A stretch of 64,000 nucleotides of DNA, from NCBI RefSeq assembly GCF_004010195.1, contig NC_057718.1:87953424-88017423 (forward strand). Direction: 5' to 3'. The notes under the pieces are model-generated. The model saw nothing but the letters and a program-made list of their open reading frames with translations, was not told the DNA's origin and did no database searches. The position numbers were made by a program, and so were the translations under genes. Below are positions 38,236 to 52,782 of this stretch, one piece after another (positions within the stretch are counted from its first letter, which is position 1; each line of letters opens with the position of its first letter). This stretch comes from Chiloscyllium plagiosum (Eukaryota).

Positions 38236-41049
38236 TTCAATGGCTCCAGTCAGTAGAAATACCTTTTTCTTGATTCTGATTTAACTTTAATTTTTCTGGA
38301 GGTTTTTTTGGAAGCCATGCTCAATCAACTGTCAACAGCTCTTTCATTATATTTTGTGAGGGCTGTAGTGAGTTCAGAGGTAACTGGTCCATGAAGAACA
38401 GAAACAGAGTATCAGACCATGAGATGAGGCTGTCCTGCCTCTGACAGCATGAACTGAGAAAAATGAATGAGAATTAGCAAAAGCATTTGAGCTTTCTATC
38501 ACAAGCTTTATATAACCTTTTTTAAACAAGGTTTGCTGCAAGGTGCCTTGGAGACTTCCAGAATCTGGATATTGCTACTGGACTTGATCACTAACTAAAA
38601 CAGAAGTTGCTGGAAAAGCTCAGCAAGTCTGGCAGCACCTGTGAAGAGAAATGAATTAACATTTTGGGTCAACCCAGATAACTGATTAGTCGAACTCGAT
38701 TGAACAGGCACCATTCCCACACTGTTCAGAAGCAAAATGGAACATACCTTGAAGCAATCCAATACTACTTAGTAAACCTTCCTGAGAATACATTACTCCC
38801 ATTTCTGATCAAATGTAATCCTTTTGAACCTTGAATCTGAAGTCCTTCCTGCTGCACCATCTTTCCAACCACGCATACATCTGCCACCTCCTCCTCCTTT
38901 TCCTACACTGCGTTAGAGTAATCCAGAGACTTGTGTCATGCATTTCAATTTCCTGCCTAACGTCAGCTGGATCTGTCTGTCCTCTTTTTTTCCCCCCTGC
39001 CCCCCTCCCCAACATCATTGGTCCTGACCCTGGATCATGAACTCGACCACCAACCACCCCTGCCCCCACTTGGCAGTCATTCCATAACATTTTCTGGAAT
39101 GCAGCTACAAAACCAGCTAGCTCAGTCAACAAGCTTTTTCATCCCATCCCAGGATTGGATTTATCTGTTTTGAGTGTAGGACATACTTGAGCAGTTTTTG
39201 CTTTTCTTTGTCATATGTTTGTAGCTGCTGGTATTGCACAGGCCTTCAATACTATCGTTGGGTGCTGTCGGGACCCACAGTCTTTGCAATATGCATATGG
39301 AATGAATATAATAATAGTAGCTGTTAGCTTTCCAAACAAACCTAAAAATTAAGTTGCTCTGGGTAAACATTTTGTGGTTGGACCCATTCTAGGCTGGTGA
39401 CTTTAATAATCTTGGAAACATTCCTTGAGGCAGACCTCCAGTGCAGGAAATTGATCAAGGACTCCAGGGATAGATAATGTAGACCAGCAAATGATCAGAT
39501 GAACCAGAAGCTACAGCCTGTACTTCGAATTTTGTAGGGGGAGTAAATTTCCATTTACTGGGAAAATTTATTGCTGACTGAAATAGTCAATGGAACAAAA
39601 ATATGGAGGAGTTTCTATTTTCATAAAAATTAGATTTAATTCAAAATCTTGAAAAATAATTAAAGATGAGTGCAGCAGGTTCCAATGTTGGAATTTACTT
39701 TTGCGTTTACAGTAAACTAATAAAAGATGTTGATTAGCCAACAACTTCATTGTTGTCATAACCAACAAGCTTATGGGTGAGTTGAATGGACTGTGCTCGC
39801 TTTGTGTAGCAATACCTATAAATTTGGAATGTAGGGAGGTGTTATGGATGGAAAATACTGTCTATTTTCCTATTAAACTTAAAGTGTGCGAGCGGTGTCC
39901 TGCTGTGAATGGAAATACAGGCAAGGAAATAAAGAACATGACCGGACAAGCACTGTGTTCTGATTACAATTGCAGATGCCTAACACCTCGCACGCACAGC
40001 AGCCAGATGAAAGCTTTCAGTTGGATGATACTTAGCTTCTTTTGTAACAAGTTGTGAAACTCCCTGACTGGATCATATCCTCTGTTTTGGCTTCCCCGAA
40101 GGTGGTGCACTGAGTCAGCTGTTCACTGCAGGATGCTGAGCTCACTCGTGTTCAGTCCTGTGGCTTGTAGAACCCATTTATTTCTGTTTAGAAGATTGTA
40201 TGCCTAATGTGGGACATAGTGTAAATATTAAGACTAATACAGCTGTATTGAGGCATTGAAGAGTGGAACATTTGCAATAACAATTTTTTTGGCTGAATTC
40301 TGGTAATATTAAAATTGATGTTTTGTAACAGGTTTTTATAAGCTTAGTAAAGAAGAACCAGGGATTCTTGACCTAATGCTTGTACTTAAGATGATCCCAT
40401 ACAGGAGTGTAATTTTAAAGATTCAGCATATGAAAATTTTCTGTACTTATGGCTGACTTATTGTCCTGCATTGTGTTCGGATTTGCATGCAAATCGACTC
40501 GTGAATAGACTCCAGAACAGAACCTGTTTCCAACCCAGGAATTGCCTGTATTCTAATGTAGAAATTTTAAATTTGATGCCTACCTGTACAGCTTTCTGAT
40601 TCAGATTTTATTCTTCCAATTTCCTACTCAAGTCTTCGCTCTTTGAATTTTTAATACAGACTCCTTTTAATTTAGTAATTAATGGCAATGTGACTGACTG
40701 CAAAGACCCGTGCTATTGTGGGGCCATCACCAATGAATAAATTATAGAATTTAAAGACTAGTCTAATAGTGACCATGAAACTGTCACAAATCCATCTGGT
40801 TTACTTGAGGAAAATCTGGTATCCCTCCCTAGTTCAGTTTACATGTCACTCCAGATCTATTGCAATGCATTGACCCCTAACTTGCCCTCTAAAATGGCCT
40901 AGAAAACAATTGTATCAAGCTATTTCAAAGACATGACAGAAATTTTTTAACTGGATGGACCACCTGGCATCTACCAAAGCATGACAAACTATGACAAACT
41001 TGGCTCTCTTGAACCTGCAAAGTCCTCACATCTTTGTAAATTAACTTTG

Positions 41050-41670
41050 TAAATGGGCATTGCTGGCTGGACCAGCATTTATTGCCAGTCTTTAATTGCA
41101 CTTGATGGTGGTGAGCTGCCTTGTTTTTTGATGTAGCAAGGGATTGAATGTGATCTGATGTGAAATGGTGGTTATATATTCCAAGTCTAGATGGTGGGCT
41201 TTGAGGTGGTGGTCCCCTTCTACTTCAAGATGGTAGTGATTGTGTGCACTTGTCTAAGGAGCCTTGGTGAATTTCTACAGTGATCGCTTAAGTGGTGTAC
41301 CCTGCAAGTACTGATGATATTGGTAAAAGAAACAAATGGCACCACATCCACAAACTATTAGATTGGCTGACTGCTTTATCCTCGATGGTGTTGAGCATCT
41401 TGTAGTATTTGGTGCTGCATTTGCCCATCCATATGGGGAGTATTACAGCACATTCCTGACTTCTACTTTGTTTTGTAGATGGACAGGTTTGGGAGTCCAG
41501 AGATGAATTACAATGCAGGACCTCAGCCTCTGGCCTGCTTTGTAGCCATGCTGTTTTATACGGCTAGTCCAGTTTCATTTCTGGTTAATAACCTCCAGGA
41601 AATTGATAACGAAGATTCAGTAATAATAATGCCATTTGAATGTCAGTGGGTATTGGTTAGATTAAATAGC
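41050..41670 (-). mobile_element. Degraded 3' fragment of the second LINE family
   Basis: ccagcatttattgcc...ggtggtgagctgcc is antisense to the tail at ~20040-20100. Confidence 0.55.
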
Positions 41671-43929
41671 TAGCAAAGCTCACATCCTGATCTTTGTTCT
41701 AAAAATAAATGTGTTAATTGCAGGTATGTTGGGGTTTTTTCCCGTTTTTAACATGCACTGTTCTGAAGTACTTCTAAACTTTGGAAATGTGGTTCATGTG
41801 GTAAAGTCTAGATGCTGTTAACCCACCAGTCCATTTCTGCTGAGATTTTTTTTCCTTTACTATTGTCAAAGATTTGCATTCATATAGTACTTTTTTCGCA
41901 ATCCCTCGATGTTCCCAAAAAAGGCTGTTTAATGGTCAAAATATATTGGAAGCATGGTTTCTGAAATGCAAGAAATTTGCACATAACCATGAGCCCGCAA
42001 ACACATGTAGTAACGATCAGGTAATCGGTTAGTTGCTGAATAAAGCAGAAATGTTGGCAGTATCTGTGGAAAGCAGAACAATTTAATATTGTCAGGTGAT
42101 TGATTCCAGAACTGAAATGTACTCCTCACCTTGTGATGAAAGTTCAATGGATTATTATTTGGAAATTTGGGTTCTAATGCAGACACAACCATATTGCTCT
42201 AATTTTGTGAAGAAAGGAAATTGGTTGCATAGCAACAGGGTGCCTTACTGCAGGGAGAGGGGTTTGGGGGGGTGGGGGCTAAGCAAATGAAGGTATAGTG
42301 CTAACTCAGCAAGAAATTTCAAAAGTGGAAACAGGGTATCCTTTTACTGTTTGACTACCTGTGCTGTTGAGTAATAGGGTTGAATCTTGTGCACTAAAAC
42401 TGTTCTAGCTAGTTCGTTCAGCATATTAGTTCATTCTTTTTCCTTATGTAATAAAGCTTTGTGCTAATGATGTTCACTGGCTGTTTGCTAAGGTAGCCAA
42501 ATTGCAAAATTAAAACTTGTGGTTTATCAAGCCAGTTTTCATCCTGGAAACCAACTGATCAGTGTTACCATCAACTGGGAGCATCAAGCTTCACTTATTT
42601 TTTCAGCATCTTGGTACAGAAGCAAGATACTGCAAAAAGAATACCCTTGTCCTTAATAGGGCCATGGTATAATTTGAGCCCACCTGAATGGGGGACAAAT
42701 GGAACTAAAGTGATGACTTTTTCCTGAACAGCGTTACTGTACAGCAAATGAAATACACTGGACCAAGGACCAAAAGTGCTTTTCAATTAGTGAGTAAAGT
42801 TTCACTTGGGATTCATTTGGTAACATTGGGGTTATTAGCACGTCCTGCTCTGCTCTTGTAATACTTGTAAATTATTACCTCAACTGTACTATTGTATGCA
42901 TAACTTTTGGTTGAGAGATGCAAATACTAGTTTCATCTTTTTGTCCATGCATAGCATTCCTTTCCCACAAACTTCTGCCTATGCAAATTGGTCAGAGTAG
43001 ATGGTTTAACTCTTGAATGGAGTAAATATAACCTGAACAGTAGACTAAGCAATGAGTTATTCAGGTTGGCTTCAGTTCTGAGCTTGTGCAAAGCTGCCTT
43101 TTAAACTGTATGTCTGTGGATGAATTATTTGAACTGACCTATCTAAAAGCAGCTTAGCACATCACTTGTCTGTCCTTATCATTTTGGTTTTTTTTTAAAC
43201 ATGATTAGCCCAAAGCATTATGCTGATGAGTCTCATACCTTTCTTAACTCTATCAACATGCCCTGCTTTCTCAAGCCTCCTGTATGTTTGTCCACTTCAT
43301 TTCAACTTGTCTGTAATGCTCACCTTGACCAGACCCTATGGTAGCAAGTTCAGCATTCCTACTGCTGAGTCTCTTCTGAATTTCCTGTTTTCTTTCTGTA
43401 ACTATTTTATTGAAGGCAGTTAATTTTTGTTTTTCCCACCAATAGATTTGAATGCTTTCTTTCAAAACCTAACTTAATTTTAAAGACCTCTACTAGATCT
43501 TTTCTCAATTTCAGTTTTATTCTTGTAAAGACAGGTTTTTGCAACGATTTGTCTTTTTTAAATGACAACCAGAGCTGAACACTTTGACACTTTTTCACCA
43601 CAATGTGTGTAATGCAAGCTTACCATTTGTTCTACATTTTTTTTTTGTTACAATCCCTCCAGTCCAAATGTCTGCTTTGTCTTTAAGGTTTTACTAACCT
43701 GTGTCACTTTTTTTTTTTAATGTAATTCCAATCCCTTTAGCTTCTCTAGCTTATTTTGCATTTGGAGTAATGTGGTCAAACGAGAAGGGCTGAAGGTCTC
43801 CTACTGTGGTTCTACAATCTTTAATTCTTGCTAACATCTGATATTTAACATTTTCTGTTAATTCCCTTGATTTGTCTGTTATGTAACTGTCAATTTTGTC
43901 CAATATTTCCACAAATGTAAGTGTGGCAA

Positions 43930-44150
43930 TCAGATAATCTAGTTGATTGGATGTATACTGGCCAGGACACCAGTGTGAGCTCCCTTCCTGGTTGTCTTTG
44001 TGCCAGGGATCTATTTCACACCCACCTGTGAGGGTGGCCAATGTTTGTTTAATATCTCTGAAAAATGGCACCCCGATATGTACATTATACCTTCAGTAAT
44101 GCAAACCAGCCTAAATTGAATGGGACTTGCCTCTGTCAGAAAGTTACTGA
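43930..44150 (-). mobile_element. Degraded DeuSINE-like element
   Basis: ggccaggacacc...tgccagggatctatttcacacccacctgtgagg is antisense to the Deu domain. Confidence 0.55.
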
Positions 44151-44266
44151 TTTCAAGAGTGCTATCACAAGGTTGATGCAAGATTCCAGGTATAGTTTTA
44201 GGGGTTTTTTGTCACCAGGATGTTTGGACCATGTTTAAGAAGCCACTCCTTTCTCTTTCTCTTCAG

Positions 44267-44343
44267 GTTCTGCTCGTGAATTCTCTCAAGATGCCAGGTA
44301 AGGCACTGGAAGGGATAGAGGCCACTTCCAAAAGTGAAGGTTG
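44267..44343 (+). other. Candidate exon of a plus-strand transcript with two donors (ends 44297 or 44343)
   Basis: ctcctttctctttctcttcag|GTTCTG; donors CCAG|gtaagg and TTG|gtatgt. Confidence 0.55.
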
Positions 44344-44807
44344 GTATGTTTGTGTTTTAATTTTGTAAGCTTTTAGTAAATTTTATTTTAAAATGACTTA
44401 AATGTAGAACGTAAGTCTTTTGAGTGACTCTGCTTCAGTATTTTGCAGTTATTTACAATTGGAGTTGCGCCAGAACTGTTTCCTAGTTTAAATCGTCACT
44501 CTTGCTCAGACTTTAAAGTTATGCATTAACATGCATTACAGATGTTAAACACTGCAATTTGCGTTGGTGACTAGATGTTTTGTGGTAGTGGATAAGCTGC
44601 TGATTAAAATGGTCTATTTTAGCCTTGGATGATGTCCAGATTCTGTCCTGAAATTTCAAGATGTTAGTCTTAGAAAGTTGTAAATAGATCCAATAAATTT
44701 GGTCTTTGATATGCCTATTTGAAATGCTGTCAGATATAATTTGAGCTAAGTTGCTTACAGTTGCCATAATTTTAATAATTTAATGAGCCAGTTTTAACAT
44801 TTTACAT

Positions 44808-45100
44808 TCCTTACAGTCTGGATACAGGTCCTTTGGCCCATCAAGTCCACACTAACCCTCCGAAGAGTAACCCACCCAGACCCATTCCCCTACATTTACC
44901 CCTGACAAATGCACCTATCATTATGGGCAATTTTGCATGGCCAAGTGACCTGACCTGCACATCATTGGATTGTGGGAGGAAACCCACGCAGATGCAGGGG
45001 AAAACATGCAAACTCCACACAGTCACCCGAGGTGGGAATTGAATATGGGTCCCTGGTGCTGTGAGGCAGTAGTGCTAACCACTGAGCCACCATGCCACCC
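44808..45100 (-). mobile_element. HE1-type V-SINE (diverged)
   Basis: Antisense HE1 head, V domain and LINE-like tail. Confidence 0.88.
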
Positions 45101-45218
45101 CTATTTTAAGTGAACAGATTTGATTTTTCTGACCTGTTCTCTTTGGACGTGCTTTATAATGAAACTTATTTCTCACCCAATAAATCATTGGTTCTGGTTG
45201 TGCTTTCTAAGGAATCAG

Positions 45219-45423
45219 GCAGAAGTGGGTACTGCAGATGCAGGAGATTAGAGTCAAGATTAGAGTAGTGCTGGAAAAGCACAGCAGGTCAGGCAGCAGG
45301 AAAATCAATGTTTTGGGTAAAAACCCTTCAGGGATCCTGATGAAAGGCTTTTGCCGGAAACGTCAATTTTTCCTGCTCCTCAGATGCTGCCTGACCTGCT
45401 ATGATTTTCCAGCACCTTTCTCT
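45219..45423. mobile_element. Inverted PLE-terminus insert with hammerhead motif
   Basis: Arms switch at the ribozyme; cctgatgaaaggcttttgccggaaacgtc at ~45336-45364. Confidence 0.78.
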
Positions 45424-45742
45424 GGAATCAGTCCAGGCAACTTCCATCAGAGGTTGAAAGCTTCAATTTCTGTTTCTCTTTTTTTTTAAGACCCTAGTTC
45501 ACACATTTCAGTTGCCAAGATGGTTTCTTTAGGCAAAATAATTTAAGCCAGTGGTTCACTTGATCTGTTGTTTTGAGAGAACACAAAATATTTGAGAATG
45601 GAATATTTGTGGGGATTGGAATGAATGATTGGACACTTTTTTTTTAAACGCAAAGAAAAATATCGGGCAGCAGATTGGGATTTGTTTTGGATTTCTATTG
45701 CAATATACTAGCATAGGCATAATGGACTAAATGGTTGTCATC

Positions 45743-45872
45743 GGGAGAAAATGAGGTCTGCAGATACTGGAGATCAGAGTCAAGAGTGTGTTGCCAGAAA
45801 AGCACAGCAGGTCAGGCAGCATCCGAGGAGCAGGAGAGTCAACGTTTCGGTCCAGAGCCCTTCATCAGGAAT
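45743..45872 (-). mobile_element. PLE terminal fragment with hammerhead motif and 8-bp TSD
   Basis: Reverse complement cctgatgaagggctctggaccgaaacgttga; gttgtcat at 45734-45741 and 45873-45880. Confidence 0.8.
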
Positions 45873-46929
45873 GTTGTCATAATGTGTATCTCTGGTTTTT
45901 AAACTTGCTGTACTGCCTTTCAGAATGTGTTGTTGAGAAAATATTTTCTCACTTGCTCTCTTTCCCATTTATCCCTTTTTGTTTTTCTTTTTCCTTTTTC
46001 CTCTAACTTGAACAGCTAAAATGGAATTGAAAGAGCCATTTGGCTGCTGCAATCCTTGTTCTAACGCTGCTGTGGATACCCAAGTAGCATTTTATAATTT
46101 ACTTCATTTTTTTTGGCAAAGTTCTGTACAAAGGATTTGCAATAAAACTTAGTCAAAGGAGTTTGGAGCTGAATATGGCATTTGAGCAAGAAATTGGATT
46201 TTAAAATGTGAAAATTGTAAGTTTTATGCCAAATGAGGAGGATGGTGGTGGAGTGTTGTCTCGGTGCCTGGATTATTATTACTTCTAAACTACAAAAATG
46301 ACTTTCAAAGGTCGTGTAGCTTTTCCATTTCTAATCTTTCTTCAGCCCACTGTTAAGAAGGGCCACTTTCCCTCCAGAGATGACAACGAACAAATTGTTT
46401 CTTCCTTTTCCACATTAATCCAACAGCTCCTGTAGTCACCTTGTTAATTCCAACTTTTTTTTAATTCACAGATTTTTGAGGGGAAGAGGGAGCGGGGTAA
46501 AAAGACTATTTATATTCTGACTGAGGGATTTGAACATATTTGAGGATTTGCCAATGCAGATTGTGGCACAATTGCCCAATAACATGGCTGTTACATGATG
46601 GCCCCATCCATGATCATGTACTTAAGAATCAATTAGCCATCAAACTACAGCTATTTGTGGATGTTAAATGACATTACTCCCATTCTGAGAGTTTTAAAAC
46701 ACAACCACATGTATCTATGAAATAGGGTCTGCTTAATAGATTTTAGACATGATTCACTGAATGAAATGTATTCTCTGCAGTTGATGCAAGGGAAATATAG
46801 TAGCTAATTTGTTAGTATTGAACAAAGTGAATCAAAAATTCCATTTGTTGATCACATGAGACATGGAGGATTTTAAACCTGATTATTGAATCTTTAATGT
46901 CCAAGCTGGATGGTGGATTAAACTGGCTT

Positions 46930-48535
46930 AGAGTCATAGGGATGTACAGTACGGGAACAGACCCTTCGGTCTAACCCGCCCATGCCGAGCAGATATCCCA
47001 ACCCAATCTAGTCGCACCTGCCGGCACCCAGCCCATATCCCTCCAAACCCTTCCTATTCAAATATCTATCTAAATGCCTCTTAAATGTTGCAATTGTACC
47101 AGCCTCCACCACTTCCTCTGGCAGCTCATTCCATACACGTAACACTCTCTGCATGAAAAAGTTGCCCCTTAGGTCTCTCTTATATCTTTTCCCGCTCACC
47201 CTAAACCTGTGCCTGCTAGTTCAGGACTCCCCCACCCCAGGGAAAAGACTTTGTCTATTTATCCTATTCATGCCCCTCATAAACCTCTATAAGGTCACCC
47301 CTCAGCCTCTGACGCTCCAGGGAAAACAGCCCCAGCCTGTTCAGTCTCTTCCTGTAGCTCAGATCTTCCAACCCTGGCAACATCCTTGTCAATCTTTTCT
47401 GAACCCTTTCAAGTTTCACAACATCTTTCTGATAGGAAGGAGACCAGAATTGCATGCAATATTCCAACAGTGGCTTCACCAATGTCCTGTACAGCTGAAA
47501 TATGACGTCCCAACTCCTGTACTCCATACTCTGACCAATAAAAGAAAGCATAACAAATGCCACTTCACTATCCTATCTACCTGCGACTCCCACTTTCAAG
47601 GAGCTATGAACCTGCACTCCAAGGTCTTTGTTCAGCAACACTCCCCTAGGACCTTAGGCAGTGTATAAGTCCTGCTAAGATTGGCTTCCCCAAAATGCAG
47701 CACCTCGCATTTATCTGAATTAACCTCCATCTGCCACTTCTCGGCCCATTGGCCCATCTGGTCCAGATCCTGTTGTAATCTGAGGCTATCTTCTTCGCTG
47801 TCCTCTACACCTCCATTTTTGGTGTCATCTGCAAACTTTACCCCTTATGCTTGCATCCAAATGATTTATGTACATGACAAAAAGTAGAGGATCCAGCATT
47901 GATCCTTGTGGCACTCCACTGGTCACAGGCCTACAGTCTGAAAAACAACCCTCCTCCACCACTACCCTCTAACTTCTACCTTTGAGCCAGTTCTGTATCC
48001 ACATGGCTAGTTCTCCCTGTATTCCGTGAGATCTAACCTTGCTAACCAGTCTCCCATGGGGAATCTTGTCGAACACCTTACTGAAGTCCCTATAGATCAC
48101 ATCTACTGCTCTGCCGTCCTCAATCCTCTGTTACTACTTCAAAAAACTCAATCAAGTTTGTAAGACATGATTTCCCACGCACAAAGCCATGTTGACTATC
48201 CCTACTCAGTCCTTGCCTTTCCAAATGCATGTACACCCTGTCCCTCAAGATTCCCTCGAACAACTTGCCCACCACCGACCTCAGGCTCACTGGTCTATAG
48301 TTCCTTGGCTTGTCCATACCACCCTTCTTAAACAGTGGCACCACGTTAGCCAACCTCCAGTCCTCCGGCACCTCATCTGTGACTATCGATGATACAAATA
48401 TCTCAGCAAGAGGCCCAGCAATCACTTCTCTTGCTTCCCACAGAGTTCTAGAGTACACTTGATCAGGTCCTGGGGATGTATCCACCTTTATGCGTTTCAA
48501 GACATCCAGCACTTCCTCCTCTGTAATATGGACAC
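46930..48535 (-). mobile_element. CR1/HER1-type LINE ORF2 3' half
   Basis: ORFs 48120..48659 (SPGPDQVY, NYRPVSL, QHGFVRGKSCLTNLIEFFE), 47264..47563 and 47008..47199. Confidence 0.92.
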
Positions 48536-51500
48536 TTATCAGTTTCCATCTAATGAAGTGGTTGATTCTGTCTGTCTGTTCACCTCCACCTCTGTGGTGC
48601 CATGTTCTTCTTTTGACTCTCTCCCATAAAGGCTTGCCTTGTTTGTGAAGAAGGGGCATTTGTTAACTTTCAGTGATTCTTGCTTCCTGCTTCCATGGAT
48701 GAAGGTAGCATATCGGAGCAGCTAAAAAGCTCAGTCCTATCACCAGTGCTGGTTTTGGATTACACTTGGGAGGGAATTGTGATTTGTCAAAGTAACAATT
48801 TATTGTTTGGATCATGGCATCAAGTTACTATATCTCCAGTTTCAAGCTACTGTTAAATCTAATTCTGAGCTTTTCCTTGGACTGTATGGATTCCAACATA
48901 TACTTTGTCATTGAGTCTCTCTCAAATTCAAAAGGGATTGGTTAGGGGTGAGAAGAATCATTGAATCCCTACAGTGAGTAAGAGGCCACTTGGCCTATTG
49001 AGTCTGCACTAACCTTTGCCTGCCAGAGGGGGCAGACGGGTCTTTGTTTAACATCTTATTCCAAAGGATTGTCACTGGACTAACAATCCAGAGTACCAGA
49101 CTAATGGCCTGGGCACATGAGTTTGAATCCTGTAATGGTCTAAATGTGAATTCAATAAAATCTGGGTTAAAAGGTAGTCAAGTGGTGACCCTAGTGTTTA
49201 GTGAACCAGATTTTTATTGTAATACCTTTTTTTTTTTAGGTCAGATCAGGTAAAATGGTTTTTAATCTTTGAATAAATCCAGACCCACAACAATATTGCT
49301 GACTTTTGGCTACCCTCTGAACTAACTTTGCAAACAACTCCATTCAAGGGCAGTTAGGGTTTGGTAATAAATGCCATCCTAGCCAGTGATGCTTGCTGCC
49401 TAAATCCCATGAATGAATGTAAAAACAAATCTTCCCATAGTGGAAGCCTCCTTCAATGCTTCACTGGAGTGCCATTCTGGAATGTGTTTGTCCCAGAGTG
49501 AAACTTGCTTCTATGCTTAAAGGTCACTGGGAACACTCTGAAGCCTACAGGCTACTAGTCTCCTGGCGAGTCTTTCAGGAGAAGTTTGCTGAAGAAATTC
49601 CTTTATTTCTTTCTATCAGGAAGTGAGTTCAGGTTTTTTGGAAGCAATGAGACCTTGATTTGGCTACAAGATGATAACATAGCAGTAATACCATTGGACT
49701 AGTCCCAAGCATTAGCTTGAACCTCTGGATAAGAGTTCACATCCCAACATGACACATGATGGAACTTTACTTTTTTAACACAGACAGCCAGACTAACCAG
49801 CCTTTCTCCTCTTCTATTGCAACACAGTATAGTTTAAAACGTACAACGAATCTTCAAAATTGATTCCAGTGGTACCTAACCAGACTTCAAATCATCAATC
49901 TTGATGCTAGTTTGTGGCTTAAACAAAAGATTTGGATTACTTTAAGGACCAGACCTGAATGTCTTAAAATATTTTTAGGTATCCTAGAACCTAACTTTTT
50001 CTCTATTTTTAAAAGCAAATGTAAACTACTGTGTTCTAGATGCAATTTGACAGGTCAAACTACTTTATTTTAAATTAGTGTTTGAATAAATTGTTTTGCT
50101 TAACATATAGCAAAAGAAATAAGTTTTTCAATGGAGTTAAAGTTTAACAGAATAATAGATACAGTAACTATTACTAATTAACTGTTCCAAAAAGTACCAT
50201 CGTGTAATCAAGAGGTAGAAATAGCTTCCACTTCAGGCTCACCACAGCAACTGCTGAAAGCTAGCTAAAATTCTTAGACCTTGACCACACCCATTCAGGC
50301 TGCTGTTACTGTTGCAACTTTTTGTTTTAAAATAAAGACCTCCAACGTTGTTTATCTTGCACTGCTTGGAACCTGTTCCCCAATTTCTCTGTCAAAGAAA
50401 CCAGGACCAAACGCTCATCTTCCAGCCACAGCATCATGTGTATTATTAAACTGCTGGCTAACCTATGCTATGAAACAAAACCTTTGTGTGAATGGGACTG
50501 AAACACACTCACTTGAAATAAATAAAACTGGCCTGTGTTTAGTTTTTTAACATGTGATTCCACAGATATAGATGATTTCTTGATTAATTCTGAAATCAAT
50601 CAGGGTCACCTGAGTTCACTCTAATAAAGACAGTAATGCTTAACTTTCTACTCTGAACCTCCAAGAACTGATAAGGGAGATTAGGCAGGCAGTTTCTGAT
50701 GTTTGTGCTGTAGAACCAACGGCCAGGTTCAGTTTTCACAGAAAACACCATCCAAAACCCAGTTGAAACTCTGACCACACCCTGACAGATTGACTGTCTC
50801 CTCCACATGGTTCCTGTTACCATTCAACATCTAGCAACTGCTGCAGCATAATGTCCAGCTTGCTGGAACCAATCCCAAGCATTGACCTTGCTCAATAGCC
50901 AATGTCTGCAATCTGTTTTAAATATTAATACTCTTTACTGATTATATAGCAGTTTATAGGATTCTGTCTTAAATTAACCTTAAGGCCTGGTCTCAAGCAC
51001 AAGCTTGTTTGTTCTTTTTCACTTTAAGACTAGCTGTTCCCCATTGTACAAAAGTTGAGACTAGGCATCAATAACTGCTGGCTGCCTGTGGCAGCAGAAC
51101 TCTATTCAACCACAAAATATAACACTTCCGATTCTACCCTTACCATAGGAGCAGGCCTGTATCAATGAAAAGGCATTGTTAGGAACAGCACCAGGCATAT
51201 CTTAAAAATGGGACTATTTGCACACCGAACAGAGGAAGCACCAGTCAATAGACCAAGCTAAACACACTCAACCAACATACCATGACCATAAAACATAAGA
51301 GCATTCAGCCCATTTGAGTCTGTTCCACATTTGATCATGCTGATATATTTCTTAATCCCATTCTCCTACCTTTTTCACCGTAACCCTTGATTCCCTTTAA
51401 TCCCCAAGAACCTATTTATCTGTCCTAAACGCACACCATGACCTTGGCCTTAACAGGTGCTGATCCTTAGATTAGCCACCCTTTAGGTGTAGAGATTCGT

Positions 51501-51723
51501 CCTCGTTTCAGTTCCTTCACTGAGGCTATGCCCTCTGGTCCTAGTCTGAATGGAAAGATCTTCTCCAATCTACTCAGTGTAGGCTTCTCTGTATACTGAA
51601 TCTTTTTCTCAACACCCCTGCGCAAGCCTTTAACATCAAGTACACACCCAGAGTCCGCAATCGCTCCACATATGGAAACTACTTTTTTTGTGAAAAGACT
51701 TATTAGACAAATCAAAGGCTTAG

Positions 51724-51841
51724 AGGAGAAAGTGAGGACTGCAGATGCTGGAGATCAGAGCTGAAAATGTGTTGCTGGAAAAGCGCAGCAGGTCAGGCAG
51801 CATCCAAGGAGCAGGAGAATCGACGTTTCGGGCATAAGCCC
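51724..51841 (-). mobile_element. 118-bp PLE terminal insert with 14-bp TSD
   Basis: aatcaaaggcttag at 51710-51723 and 51842-51855; the insert stops at hammerhead stem II. Confidence 0.88.
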
Positions 51842-52782
51842 AATCAAAGGCTTAGCATTGCAAGTCTACCCTTCATGCTACAAATGTGAAGTGATCCTTA
51901 TAGTTGGTGAAGCTTAGTAGTCCAAAGTACAAAAGTAACATTTGAAGCAACTGCAAGAACACCTAAATGTAATAAGATCACATGGAAGGTATGGCTTTTT
52001 TTTATTTAGATATAGCAAGGAAATGACTAGCCTTTCAGTTTTAAAAGGCAATAGTAGAAAAATTATTCATTGGTAGAGGCAGTACACCAAATGAAAGGCT
52101 AAGGCAACTCGAGCTGCAGGTTGGCCCAAACTGAATCTTCAACTTGAAACTATTTGTTACAAGATTGACAATCTGGTATCCCACCAGTCATGATTTACAC
52201 ACCCAAATCTAACAATATCACAAAGCCATTGAGAACAAGCTTCTTGCCGTCCATCTCATGGAAGCTATTAATGTCAAACGGTTAAAAGTACTTGTGCAAC
52301 TTAATCATCTGTTCTTTAGACTGGCGACAGTTATTGGCACTGGCCTGGTCAATCTGGCCATCAGAATACTGTGTATTTTTAAAAAAACACATCAGAAGCC
52401 ATGAAGAAATCTAAATTATAAAATTCTCACCAGAAACAGTTAATCAATTCCACATGTTGGAGTGTAAACATAATCATCTGTTTTGGATGTCCTATCTTGC
52501 ATTGTAGATACTTGGGTCAGCAATTCTGGGTACACCATTGTTGTCACCTCACTAGTCACAATCTGTAGAACCAGTCAATTGTTAGAACTGTGACATAAAC
52601 CGCAGCAGACTACTTGCAGATCTGAATATGAAAGAATGGTAAATCTGAGTTAATAGGGCCAATTTCTCAGTACTTGGGTTGAGTAAGAAAGTAAAATTCA
52701 AGAATAGGTTACTGAGCAAATGGCTCGGTATGAATCTAAACTTGCAAATATGGAGATGTCTTTTTGAGATCTCTTAGCTTAC

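Noticed and set aside
38809..39132. 107-aa ORF as a host gene
   Set aside because: AWLERWCSRKDFRF resembles the end of a CR1 ORF1 esterase, so it is probably a decayed LINE piece.
42467..42558. Box C/D snoRNA-like ATGATG...CTGA
   Set aside because: The C box is imperfect, there is no convincing terminal stem, and I could not recognise an rRNA or snRNA guide.
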